DNA of 64,000 nt from Macrostomum lignano. Taxonomy: Eukaryota. The stretch is taken from the NCBI GenBank assembly GCA_002269645.1, contig NIVC01002232.1:1-64000 (forward strand), written 5' to 3'. Below the pieces are notes generated by a model. That model worked only from the letters and a program-made list of their open reading frames with translations. It searched no databases and was not told where the DNA came from. Below, piece after piece: positions 38,645-51,250 of the stretch (position 1 is the first letter of the stretch; every line of letters starts with the position of its first letter). The translations under genes and the position numbers were made by a program.

Positions 38645-39668
38645 TGCACACGCACATAAACATAAACAGCTTAATGTATGCATGGTCATTGGCGCCACAA
38701 GCTATGTGTAGCTTTTGTAATGCTAACTTAAAAGACGGACATGTCTAATTTCTAGGCTGGCTTGTCCCCTCAGTCGGAAATTTGCGTGTTGTCTCTGGCA
38801 TAACCTGTCTTTGTTATTTTAGGCTTTCAAATTTGGGTGTCCGTTATAGGCACGTGCATATTCAAGGGTCATTTAAACTAGGTCAGGGACACTGGTCGAG
38901 GATGTCCACCAGTTGAGACTTTTCCATGACTGTTAAGGCTTGATCAAGTGTCCATGGTGCCAACGGCTGAAGGTCCAGAAACTCCACCAGAGTGAAGGCC
39001 AAGGCGACCAACAAAGTCAGAGCTGATGCAGACACATGTGCTCGACGCGCAGATGAAATTTGGAGGCTGCGCTGAGCAAGGTTGCGCTGAGGCGCAGTGC
39101 TGATTGGCGATCCGACCTTCTTGCAGAATCGTTGAATATCTTGCCGATCCAGAGAGCTGGCGACTTAAATCTTAGTATGAGAAGGCGTGCAACAACAAGT
39201 TTCTTGAATTTCCTGTGCCTGCGTTGCTCCGTTCCGGCGCAGCAAGAAAAATTCAGGGTATCCCCGCTGGTGGCTAATTATGAGATTAACGGAAGTTTAA
39301 ATACTTTGCTATTTGACAGACTGAGCCTTCAAATGTTTTGTAAGAAACTTGCAGTAGCCCCTCTTGAGTGAAGAGTCCTTAAATATCATTACTTGTTATA
39401 AACCAACATAATACAAAACGATTGCTGACTTAATAATGCATATATAAAAATTGTGCAGGAAATTATAATTAGTTTAATCACCACCGCTTATCATTTTGAT
39501 ATATGTATATAGGAGTAAGGAGTTGTTTTGGCATAAAAATACACTGACAGCTTTGACTGCTACAATTCTGCTTCAGAATGCCACTGTGAAATTGTCTTAT
39601 CCAAGTTTGACGCAGATAATTACAGAACAAAGACCAACACACAGTAAATGCTCTAAAAGATACCCTAA

Positions 39669-42600
39669 TCACATTTTTGATTGCTGCTGGGCGGCGGTCT
39701 GCCACTTGCACATGAGCTGGTCGATATTCTTCTTTTGAAACACGCTGACTGGCTTCGATTTCTGCAACAAATTTAAAGAGAAAAATATTTCACTTTCTTG
39801 ACTTGAATGATTTGTCACTCTACTCTGTTAGAATCTAAACATCTAAGCTCACACTGATCGATTAGAGTGACAATGCCAAAGTCACACACAACCACCAGTG
39901 ACAATGCCAAAGTCACACCTATCCACCAGTGACACTGCCAACGTCACACCTATCTACCAGAGTGACAATGCCAAAGTCACACCCATCCAACAGAGTGACA
40001 ATGCCAAAGTCACACCCATCCAACAGAGTGACAATGCCAAAGTCACACACAACCACCAGAGTGACAATGCCAAAGTCACACCCATCCAACAGAGTGACAA
40101 TGCCAAAGTCACACCCAAACACCAGAGTGACAATGCCAAAGTCACTCAAACACCAGAGTGACAATGCCAAAGTCACACCCAAACACCAGAGTGACAATGC
40201 CAAAGTCACACCGAAACACCAGAGTGACAATGCCAAAGTCACACCCAAACACCAGAGTGACAATGCCAAGGCCACACCCAAACTGAGCTCTATCTCACCT
40301 TCCGCTTGACCGGCTGGCCACCAGGCGGTTCAACGTCCACCCAACGCGACGAGGCCGGATGCGCGCCGGCAGTCCCGGACGATCCCGACGTTGTCGCCGC
40401 CGCGAACAACATCGGGCTGCCGTCCAGATCGTCAGAGTCCTCAGCGTCAGCGGTGGCCGCTTCGCAGGCAGCGTCGTTAGAATCTTCATCGGCAGCTGTA
40501 GCGGCGGCGGCGGCCAACGCACTGTCGGTGTCGTAGGGTCGAACAGCGACCGACATATGCGAGGAGGCGAACGCAGCGGAGTTCGTTGACGAGGTGGTCG
40601 ATCGACTCGCCGACGAAGAACGCAGCACCACGGGCGGCGGCGGTGGTGGCGGCGGCGGCGGAGGCAGCGGCGGGAGGCCCGGCAGGGAGGGTCGCGGAGG
40701 ACGCGGAGGCGGCGGCAACGGCAAGCCGGCCTCGTCGCCGGAGTCCAACTCCATGCTGTCGTCGACAACTGCCGGGCCGAGGGCGGATTGGAGGGCAGAA
40801 GCCGGCGGAGTAGCGGCAGATGCGGACTTGCCGCTGGCAGCAGCTGTTTTAACATCATCTTTGGCGGTGTCGCCGGCGCTGTCAGAATCGGAGCTGTCGC
40901 TGTCCCGACCGTGATCGTAGCTGACCAGCCGCACTACATTGCCACCGCTGTCGCTCGGATCTTTATTGACGCCCTGGTCTGCAGCATCAGCCGCCGCAGC
41001 TTCCGGCGCGGCCGCGGGCTGGCCGGGGAATTCCCACTGGGCCTCGCCAGTGCGGACGCTCTGATAATAATAGGCGGCATTGGCCGGGTCCCACAGGCAC
41101 AGCCAGCCGGCTGGGCAGTCGGCCTGCACCCGACGCTGGCAGGCTTCGGCAGCCTGGGCGACACGAGATTCGTAGTGCGCGACGCTGATCGCGCCGTCTT
41201 CGAGATCGCGTAGACGAGCGCGAGCTTCAATGGCGGCGATGAGGAGAGGCGAAGCCTGGTCTGGATCGTGGCCGAAGTAGCTGGACTGGGCGGCCAGGGT
41301 AGCGGCCGACTGCCTGCAGCTGGTGAGCCGGTCGATGTCCAGCAGCTGCGGTCGAATGGCCTGAAAGTTGGGCGGCAGAGCCGGCCCGATCACTGCCGGA
41401 CTCGCTGCCGCTGCCGGCTTCGTCTGCGACGGGGGCGGCGGCCGAACCGACGAAGGTGGCAGAGGCGGTGGCGGCGGCTGCTGCTGCTGTAGCGGCTTTT
41501 CCGTTGACCGCTCCCGCCGGTCACGGCTGCAGTGCATGGAAAGGAGATTTAATTTGTTGCTGTTTGTACTTTTTGGTAAGTGGTCCAGCAACTGAGGATC
41601 TGGGAGGCTGGCCCAGCAACTGAGGATCTGGGAAGCTGGCCCAGCAACGGAGAATCTGGGAGGCTGGCCCAGCAACTGAGGATCTGGGAGGCTGGCCCAG
41701 CAACTGAGGATCTGGGAAGCTGGCCCAGCAACGGAGAATCTGGGAGGCTGGCCCAGCAACTGAGGATCTGGGAAGCTGGCCCAGCAACGGAGAATCTGGG
41801 AGGCTGGCCCAGCAACTGAGGATCTGGGAAGCTGGCCCAGCAACGGAGAATCTGGGAGGCTGGCCCAGCAACTGAGGATCTGGGAAGCTGGCCCAGCAAC
41901 GGAGAATCTGGGAGGCTGGCCCAGCAACTGAGGATCTGGGAGGCTGGCCCAGAAACTGAGGATCTGGGAGGCTGGCCCAGAAACTGAGGATCTGGGAGGC
42001 TGGCCCAGAAACTGAGGATCTGGGAGGCTGGCCCAGCAGCTGAGGATCTGGGAGGCTATGCAGTCCTATAGAAGGAAGCAGTCTTCAAGAATTTACCTGC
42101 GTTTCCCCTCTTCATCCTCGGACCCTTTGTTATGCTTGCGAGATTTTTTGGAACGCTCGCGCCTGCTTTTATCCCGATGCGGTCGGCGCTCTTTCTTCTT
42201 CTTTTTCCCGGAATGCTTCTTGTGCTTGCCAGTAGAGCTTTTCTTGGCCTTCTTAGACGGCGGCGGCGAGTCGGCAGAGGCGTGCCGCGAAGCTTTTAAA
42301 GAGCGGCGCTTTCGCGAATTGAGGGAAGAGGAGGCTGCGGATGGAGAAGAGGAAGCCGACGACGACGAAGAAGAAGAAGAGGTGTCGCTTAACTCGCCCG
42401 AGCTGCTCTGGTTGCCGGCGGCGTTGCTGCTAATAAAACAGTCGAATTGGAATTTGAGAATGCTAAGAGAATGTTGTCGGTTATTCTCTGCAATACGAAT
42501 TCAAGTCACCATCATATTCGTAAAAAATATTGTTAGATCTCTACTTACAGTAGGCTAAGTATGTCTTTTACTATTTTACTATAGTCAATAACGCATTAGC

Positions 42601-44385
42601 TGCCTGCGTCAGCAAAGTTAAGCAGAGCTGGTCGCGGTTAGTACGCTACGCATCCGGGCGGGCAAGCGTGCCCCACTGGTGAAATTTAGGTCTTGTAAAA
42701 GCAGCAGATTTCTCATTTTTGCAACTATAACAAGAGCAAAAAATGACTGATTAACACATGTTATACCTCTTTGGAGCAGAAGGCAAATCCTTGCCATAAT
42801 CCGGCTGTGAAGTTTGTGACGAATCAGCTGGAGCAAAAAACAAACGAGTTTATTGTACAACTAAATTAGGAAATTAGGAACTAATAAAGCCACTCCTTCG
42901 ACTCCTTCGATTTTAAATCCTTTTAATTTGTTAAAAACTCACGAATTGCTTCCAAGGAGCTGCTGGTTCCTTCGCTGCTTTTCTTAATGCTGGCCAACTC
43001 CTATTAAACCAATGCAGATTGTTTCGACTAGGATTTCAGTTATAATGATGCATATATTTGGTATATCATAAAAACAGTATTCTCACCGCAAGGAAATTCT
43101 CCAAGGCGGAGTTGACATTGTCCGCTGAAATAATAATTTTTTAACGCCCTTAGAATTCTAGTATTATGACATCGTTCATCTCAATAAAAGTACATTTTAT
43201 AACCTTTACAAAATCAACAGTATAATTAATTTGTTAATATGCATATCCTAAATAACTGGTCAAATTCTGAAAGATAAAAGTTGTCAAAAAGCAGAGCGTT
43301 TACTTTTTAGTCAGTAATTTGTCTGCGCAGTGTCACTTCCTAGGGTGCAGTCCTAATCTAGCTCAGCCAATGAGAGAGCGGTAAGGAGAGAGGTCAGAGT
43401 CAGACGGACGAAACTCAGTCTAGGGGGGCAGGCCCAATCTGGTTCAGCCAATGAGAGAGCGGTAAGGAGAGAGGTCAGAGTCAGACGGACGAAACTCAGT
43501 CTAGGGGCACTCCTAATCTAGATCAGCCAATGAGAGAGCGGTAAGGAGAGAGGTCAAAGTCAGACGAACGAAACTCAGTCTAGGGGCACTCCTAATCTAG
43601 ATCAGCCAATGAGAGAGCGGTAAGGAGAGAGGTCAAAGTCAGACGAACGAAACTCAGTCTAGGGGGGCAGGCCCAATCTGGTTCAGCCAATGAGAGAGCA
43701 GTAAGGAGAGAGAAAAACAATGGAATTTCAAAATGTTGACTCGTGCGCATGCCTAAACGACAAAAAAGCACTTGTGGTAGTCGATTATTATTGAAGACGA
43801 CATATCGGACTTTTTTCTTGCTTTTCACTGAATAAAAAATGACTTGTCTTTTCTGAAATTCTCTTGTCAAGACTTTTATGAGATTTCCAGACCAAACATT
43901 TCATGCAGAGAAAGGCTTTGAAGAATGCTTTTTCACTTTCGCGTATGAATAAAAATCACATTTTTCTCGAGATCTGAATAAAAAACTTGAGTTTTCCACG
44001 AGCACCTCCCAATCTACACAATCTACCATTGCGTACCGCTTAAGGATTGTCTTGATGATTTGGCCATAGACAAAGTTTCACAGCTTGGATAAAAAGACCA
44101 GAAAAAAATCTAGAAGATAGGACGACCATAGACAATGAATTTCCTTGATTTAATACTATTTTAATGAGACTGTTCTCCTAGGCAGTTCTTCTATGCCTCC
44201 TCTTTGGACAGTGTGAGAAAGTTCGTTTTGATACACTTTATTTATACTGTCTGTCAATGATTTCTATTTTCAATATTTCCAACTGTTTACACCTGTACGT
44301 CTAATCATTCTCAAGCCTAAGCCTGTATTGTGCTATTAAGTAAACATCTGTAATATCAAAGACACTTACACTTCGAAGCGGACAT
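39669..44385 (-). CDS. FNBP4: FNBP4 (formin-binding protein 4)-like WW-domain protein; exons 44370-44385, 43087-43124, 42943-43000, 42767-42827, 42650-42724 (uncertain), 42097-42429, 40299-41526, 39669-39761
   Basis: ARLRDLEDGA...CPAGWLCLWDPANAAYYYQSVRTGEAQWEFP matches the FNBP4 helical+WW region; N-terminal SALENFLAEL and C-terminal KKNIDQLMCKWQ also resemble FNBP4 motifs; poly-Pro tract; all junctions GT-AG with consistent phases. Confidence 0.8.
39865..40282. repeat. 33-bp minisatellite (agtgacaatgccaaagtcacacccatccaacag) in the last FNBP4-like intron
   Basis: Array reaches to ~15 nt of the donor at 40298; each unit carries GTGAC-n9-GTCAC. Confidence 0.95.
41580..42056. repeat. 28-bp minisatellite (gaggatctgggaggctggcccagcaact) filling an FNBP4-like intron
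   Basis: Occupies most of intron 41527-42096; source of the repetitive N-terminus of ORF 40290..41927. Confidence 0.96.
43355..43710. repeat. 79-81-bp tandem repeat (about 4.5 copies), each with cagccaatgagag
   Basis: Unit starts at 43364, 43445, 43524, 43603 and 43684. Confidence 0.93.
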
Positions 44386-45062
44386 GATTTCAAATCCGGT
44401 AACACAATTAGTGACAAATTTGTTATTTTCTCAAAAAACGATTGCAAAATCCAGTCAGTCAGTCGGCAACTGAGTCGGAGCGCGGCTGCAAACAGAAATT
44501 GGGTTCGGAGGAAAAGGTTTGTTAGTAAAATACGCCCATAAAAGTTTTGTTTGTATCCATTGATACTGCTTAAAGTAGCGGCCACTTACAATTGAGAGAA
44601 TTCGCAAAACTGCACCTTTTTGCAGACAGAAAACAAAATTCCTTACTCTGTTTTTCCAAAAAGTCAAAGGCTTAAATTTTAGTGAAATATATATAGAATA
44701 GAAACAAAGACCAAACAAAGACGGCCAGTTGTGCAATATTTTTATATTATTAAAACAAAATGTTGTTTGCTATTAAAAACAAAATTTTCCTTTATTAAAA
44801 TGCACCTTGTTCAAGCGGAATTGGCGTTTGTATGTATATTATTATTATTATTAATATTATTTCGCTTGCACGATAAAAACAGTAGAAGTTGGGTAAAAAT
44901 TTTGCTAAGAAATCGATACAAAATTCTTGATTCTGCGTGTTTTAAAAAACCTATTAAAATGTAAAAATCTTTTGTCTATAAAATTCAAAAACCAGAAAAA
45001 AAGGCGTTCAAGAATTCTCTCTCTGTGAAGTTGTCGATAAGACAGTTTAGAAATGCACGAGT

Positions 45063-48007
45063 TCACAGATTGTACATGGGCGGCTTGGATTTGAGATGTC
45101 GGCCACGGCTGCAGGAAGCAAATGCGCCAACCCGGCTACTCATATCAGTAGTAGTATTATTAGCATGCGCCTCGTAAAATTAGAGCGGGCAAAGCATCGG
45201 GTTGAATCGCTTTTTGGAGGGCCGAGCGAAACAAGCGGCCAACGGCAAAACAGCCGGGTTGATCGGCAGCGTGTCGAGTCCACAGGCACAGCCGGTAGTG
45301 CCGGGAGCGGATCTGGGCGCCAAGGGGAGAAAGGAGATAAAAGAGGTGACGATTAGAAAAGAGAATAGTGTTATTGAGGCCACTTTAGGGAGATCCTTAA
45401 ACTGGTGGAGGCTTAGGGTGATTCCTAAATTGATCAGGTAGGGAGAGGGGCGATTCCTAACATAAACAGGCAGGGGCGATTCCTAAAATAAACAGGCAGG
45501 GAGAGGGGCGATTCCTAAATAAACAGGCAGGGGCGAATCCTAAAATAAACAGGCAGGGGCGAATCCTAAAATAAACAGGCAGGGGCGAATCCTAAAATAA
45601 ACAGGCAGGGGCGAATCCTAAAATAAACAGGCAGGGGCAATTCCTAAAATAAACAGGCAGGGAGAGGGGCGAATCCTAAAATAAACAGGCAGGGAGAGGG
45701 GCGAATCCTAAAATAAACAGGCAGGGAGAGGGGCGATTCCTAAAATAAACAGGCAGGGGGCGAATCCTAAAATAAACAGGCAGGGAGAGGGGCGAATCCT
45801 AAAATAAACAGGCAGGGAGAGGGGCGAATCCTAAAATAAACAGGCAGGGAGAGGGGCGATTCCTAAAATAAACAGGCAGGGGGCGATTCCTAAAATAAAC
45901 AGGCAGGGAGAGGGGCGAATCCTAAAATAAACAGGCAGGGGGCCGATTCCTAAATAAAACAGGTAAGATTTAAAAATGGCAACTCCTGTACACCCTAAAA
46001 AGGCTAAATTCCCTTGTTAATAATCTGAAACAATAAACCCACCTGAACAACCAGACCGCAGATCTGTCGCCCAACCCGATCGGAGAAGTCTTCTCCAATA
46101 GCCATCAGCAGAGCCTCAGTCCAAGCCTTATCTACCAGAGCTGCCTCGGTCGAACGTCTGTCTAAGCTGAGCATCCAACGGCCGCCGTTGCAATTATCAG
46201 GCGCCTCCCACATGGGCGGACAGCCGGCCCTGAACACGGAATAATCGCATCCAGGAGGCAGCCGACTTGGCGGCATTGCAAAGTTGATGATGCGCCAGAA
46301 ATCTTCGACGCTTGAGAAATTGGCCACAGGTAGTTGGCTGTCCAGCCAGACACGGCTGCGATCGCTCTTGTAGAACCACAGGGTCCAGCTGGTGGATTGA
46401 GGGAGCGCCGCGGCAGATTAGTTGGTGGCTGTTAGTGTTTAACTACTACTGCGAGTAATAGGATGGGGCATAAGGGGGATTTTTGAGATTTATTCGTTAT
46501 AGTAGTTCAGAGGCGATTCTTTTAAAGATCAGGGGCGATTTTTTTAAAGATTCAGGGGCGATTCTTTTTAAAGACTCAGGGGCGATTCTTTTAAAGATTC
46601 AGGGGCGATTCTTTTTAATGATTCAGGGGCCATTCTTTTAAAGATTCAGGGGCGATTCTTTTTAATGATTCAGGGGCGATTCTTTTTAACGATTCAGGGG
46701 CCATTCTTTTAAAGATTCAGGGGCGATTCTTTTTAATGATTCAGGGGCGATTCTTTTAAAGATTCAGGGGCGATTCTGTCGGAGATTCAGGGGCGATTCT
46801 GTTGGAGATTCAGGGGAGATTCGGTTGGAGATTCAGGGGCGATTCTGTTTGAGATTCAGGGGCGATTCTGTTGAAGATTTAGGGGCCTGTTGGAGATTCA
46901 GGGGCGATTCTGTTAGTGATTCAGAGACGATTTAGACCGGAAGCGAATATAAGCGGACAGTACTTCCATGTATCAACCATACTGACATGCAGCACTGACA
47001 CTTACCAGCTATTTAGCAGATGCTTCTCCATCAGTGGTTCAACAAGTGCATCGCTGGCGGCATCTTCAGCATTCGTACTAGTGGAGCATTCACCAGCGGC
47101 TTCGCAAACGCTATTACAATCCAATGTAGACGAACTATCCGTATGCTCTGAGTTGCCTTCTGCACCAGCTTTGGAAGAGCTTAAGCCTGATTCTTCTTCG
47201 GTATTGTGGCAACTTTCGGTCAGTTTTGGTTGGTCAGCAACTAGAGATCTTTTGCTTCCGTCTTCTTTCTTGTACTTTGTAGAGCTATCAATTGGCTCAT
47301 TGGATGAGCTTCTGCTAAGGTCTTTGTTTTCGGCAATGAAGATTTCGGTCAGCCCTTTGTTTTCAGCAAGGAAGCTTCTGATCAGTTCTTTATTGTTCTC
47401 AATGGAGCTTCCGGTCAGCTCTTTGTTGTCAGCAATGGAGCTTCCGGTCAGCTCTTTGTTGTCAGCAATAGAGCTTCCGATCAGTTCTTTGTTTTCGGCA
47501 ATGGAGCTTCCCGTCAGCTCTTTGCTTTCAGCAAGGGAGCTTCCGATCAGCTCTTTGTTGTCAGCAATGAAGCTTCCAGTCAACTCTTTGTTGTTGGCAA
47601 TGAAGCTTCCAGTCAACTCTTTGTTGTTGGCAATGGAGCTTCCCGTCAGCTCTTTGTTTTCAGCAAGGGAGCTTCCGATCAGCTCTTTGTTGTCAGCAAT
47701 GAAGCTTCTAGTCAGCTCTTTGTTGTTGGCAATGAAGCTTCCAGTCAACTCTTTGTTGTTGGCAATGGAGCTTCCAGTCAGCTCTTTGTTGTCAGCAATG
47801 AAGCTTCCAGTCAGCTCTTTGTTGTCAGCAATGAAGCTTCCGATCAGTTCTTTGTTGTCAACAATGGCGCTTCCGGTCAGCTCTTTGTTGTCAACAATGG
47901 CGCTTCCGGTCAGCTCTTTGTTGTCAACAATGGCGCTTCCGGTCAGCTCTTTGCTGTTAACGATTGAATCAGCCCTGTTAGTAGCAGCAAAAATGCTTGC
48001 AAATGAT
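45063..48007 (-). CDS. eIF4E: Divergent eIF4E-family cap-binding protein with a long N-terminal repeat extension; exons 47006-48007, 46043-46388, 45063-45312 (1-nt frameshift at 45176-45179); first exon(s) not located
   Basis: Spliced KHLLNSCWTLWFYK...RVW...VEDFW...PPMWE...GGRW...DKAWTEALLMAIGEDF...ICGLVVQ|IRSRHYRLCLWT...VGRLF keeps all eight conserved Trp positions of class I eIF4E. Junction phases are consistent. Confidence 0.85.
45440..45960. repeat. 26/32-bp minisatellite (ggcgaatcctaaaataaacaggcagg[gagagg]) in an eIF4E intron
   Basis: Tandem units visible. Confidence 0.95.
46515..46912. repeat. 23/24-bp minisatellite (attcaggggcgattcttttaaag) in an eIF4E intron
   Basis: Tandem units visible. 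Confidence 0.95.
47330..47960 (-). repeat. Coding 33-nt/11-aa repeat (KELTGSSIADN) x ~19 in the eIF4E N-terminal exon
   Basis: Stop-free on the minus strand, in frame with KHLLNS; units vary mostly conservatively. Confidence 0.8.
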
Positions 48008-48699
48008 CTGAAAAATGCACCGCAAATCTCTTTAATTGGGAAAAGCTTCTGTAACCTAATGTATCTGAAGACTGAGCACTTCTCTCGTAAGTAGTCTATT
48101 ATGAATTTTTCAACTAAAATATGAGTGGAATGATAAAATTAAATGAAGAAAACAATATGTCGATGGAATTAGTTGAGCAAATCAAAAAAATCTTTTGCTG
48201 ATAAAATGTCTTCTATTTATTTCCGCTGCAAACAAGATACTGCTGCAATAAAACTTCTGTTAATAATATCTCCAAATTTTGAAGCAGACTTGGAACAGTA
48301 CTTTAATAATCAATTAAATATAAGCAATAGACAAGGAATCTTGCACAACAAAGACAAGAGAACAGATTCACAATATAACACAGCGATTTGCAACAAAGAC
48401 CAGAGTAGTAGTATGTATGCAGCGATAAGGAAACACCATTGTCCTTCAAGAAGCAAAAATTACTGTCGTATTTTCAAAAAGACAAATATAATGGAAGACA
48501 ACGTAATGCAACATGTAATACAGAGGAAGAGTTTAAACAAAGCAAGTTAGTTCGACTGCACTGCTGTCACAAGACTGGAGTCTTTGTTAAATTAGCTAGA
48601 AAGCATTTTACACTATTGGTTATGGAATACAATGCAGACTAATACAGCATTTGCGGGAAATACAAAAGTTATGGCCCGATCTCTAATTAGGATATTGTT

Positions 48700-48965
48700 C
48701 GGGGCGATTAATCTCCCTAGGGTATATTCACGGGCGATTAATCTCCCTAGGGTATATTCACGGGCGATTAATCTCCCTAGGGTATATTCAAGGGCGATGA
48801 ATCTCCCTAGGGTATATTCACGGGCGATTAATCTCCCTAGGGAATATTCACGGGCGATTAATCTCCCTAGGGAATATTCACGGACGATTAATCTCCCTAG
48901 GGTATATTCACGGGCGATTTCTTCCAAAGGATCTTCAGGGTAACTAGCAGAAGGCGATTAATCTC
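48700..48965. repeat. 30-bp minisatellite (gggcgattaatctccctagggtatattcac)
   Basis: About 7 tandem units. Confidence 0.95.
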
Positions 48966-51250
48966 AATAGAAAGATTTGAAAATTGATTATCTGATAATT
49001 TTATACCCTTTGGCAAAATACGGCCTTTTTAAAGTTAGTAATATCAGACAAGACAAACATCGGACCAAATGCCCGCTTTAACAGACAAAGACAAAAAACA
49101 CTCAATTAAAACTAAATATTAAAGACAATAGACAATTTAAAACTTGGACGAGATTGCAACAGGGACAAAAATAATAAAATTAAAATTATGCAAGGAAGCA
49201 CCACAACACTGGAGAAAAGTAAGTTCTAAGTAACAGTTAATAGGGCCTTAAGGGACTTAAGGGATAGCAAGATTAGCTAAAAGTACATGTACTGTGTAGT
49301 TTGACACCTGAAGCGAAACTGATAAGCTGGGGATGAGCTTAAGAAAGATCAAAGTTCAAAATGGCAAACAGATATAATGCTAAAACCAGAGTTTAACATC
49401 CCAAAAATAGCGGGATTCATTTAGGCGGGAATTCAAACTTAAATTTGGTTTAATTAGTTAGTGTGTACGCGCCAAGAACTACTCGACTAGAAGGGAGACT
49501 ACGTTCCTTAAAAAATGCTAAGGAGGCGGGTTTTAGCTGATATATATTTATACATTACGGAGATAGGAAGTTTTAATCTTTTCAGTACAAAAATTGTTAT
49601 TGCTTTTGATAGGAGGCAGACCCGATGTTCATCTTTTGATATGTTGTGCCTTGGTTATGGCTCTATTGATATTGATAAAACTTTTCGTTTAGAAAATTAG
49701 GATTCGATGTTAATTGTTTATTCTACGTACATTTGTACATGTCCTGTATCTAAAACCATTAAAATGGCACGACTTGGCTCTTTGGTTTTAAATAAATCTA
49801 TAAATATATTTTGTCATTCTTAGCTGACTGTGTAACATTATGTGTAACAGAGATGATAAAATAGATTCATAAAACCAATTAGCCGAGCTGTGCCATGCAT
49901 TTTTATGATATTTAGGTACAGAAAATGTACGTGGAATAAGAGATTTATATAGAATCCTAACTTTCTAAACGAAAAGCTTTATGAATATCAATAGAGCTAT
50001 AGGAAGGGCACAACATATTAAAAGACAACATTGTGTCTGCCTTCTATCGGAAGCAGCAACAGTTTTTGTGCTGAAAAAATGAAAACTTTCAGTCTCCGTA
50101 GTGTATTTTGGCAAAAACCAGCCTCTGTAACATTTGCAAAGAAACTTTGTTTCCCGTCCAAGTTGAGTAGTCCTTGGTACGCGCATTTATAATCTGTTAG
50201 TAAAGATTCTCAGTCATGCACGAAAAAATATAGATTTGATAAATATGTCAGAGGAATATTGTATAAAAATGCAAAGTTATAAGACGCAGCGCTTTACTTA
50301 GATGCTAATTAGCCAAAAACTCTTAACAGGTTTAGTCTATGAGCAGTGCTAAGTATGCGCAATGTATAATTTTTATAACATTTTATTGAAAATTTAGCCA
50401 AATACAATTCTCAACTTTGGAATGGCTGAACAACAAGACTAACAATTATGTGTACTTTAATAAACAAACGCAATTCCAACAGTGCATACGATAAGAAAGA
50501 GATTAAGTAAAACAAATTAAATAACTTATCCACCCGGGACAATATAATGGAAATATCTGTGTGCATAATCTCTGGTCATAATGTGCGACTTGAGAATATA
50601 TGAATTAAAAAAAAAAACAACCGCTTAAACGCATTTTTATCGGCGAGACGCAAAGTTGCTTCTAATGGCAGAAATAACACCGTCAACAAATTAAGAGGCC
50701 GGGCAGACAGACAGAGGACGAGAAAGTTTTAACAAAGTGCACGCGAAACTAATCTTAATAGGCGGTTGGCAAATAAATTATGTTGGACTAGAATTTGTTT
50801 GAAATGTTTTGCAGTAGCTGTGTTGGAATAGATAGCATAGTAATTAATATAATATAATATATAATATTTAATATTATTAAAGCCAATTGAGCCCTAGGAG
50901 CAGGCAGTTCAATCCTTGGCGGGAGAGTCAAGTTAGCTTTTCACTGTCTATGGCCCAAAAGGGGGTCTGTAAATCAACCAATCTAATAATTTGGTCGAGT
51001 AAATCACCCATTAATAGCATTTAGCATAGAAGTCCAGATCTTCTGGAAGTGAAAGCTTTTTGGGGTCTTTACAACAGCTCGACTCTTAAGTAAGCTTAAT
51101 GTTTATTAGATTTAACTTTTATGGATTTGTCTGCTACGGAGAATTCCAAGGTCGCAATATTTAACTCAACATCTAAAACTATTCCAACAAGTATTTCAAA
51201 CAGCGTCTGGAGGTAACAATAAAAAGTACACGCGCAAAGAACAATCCGCT

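Noticed and set aside
43355-43710. Hammerhead ribozyme in the 80-bp repeat (GAGTC..GGACGAAAC..GTC)
   Set aside because: The essential CUGANGA core is missing (ggtcaga instead). CTGATGA in the 42-bp array lacks a downstream GAAA, and CTGATAA..GAAAC at ~2044 lacks G8 and stems.
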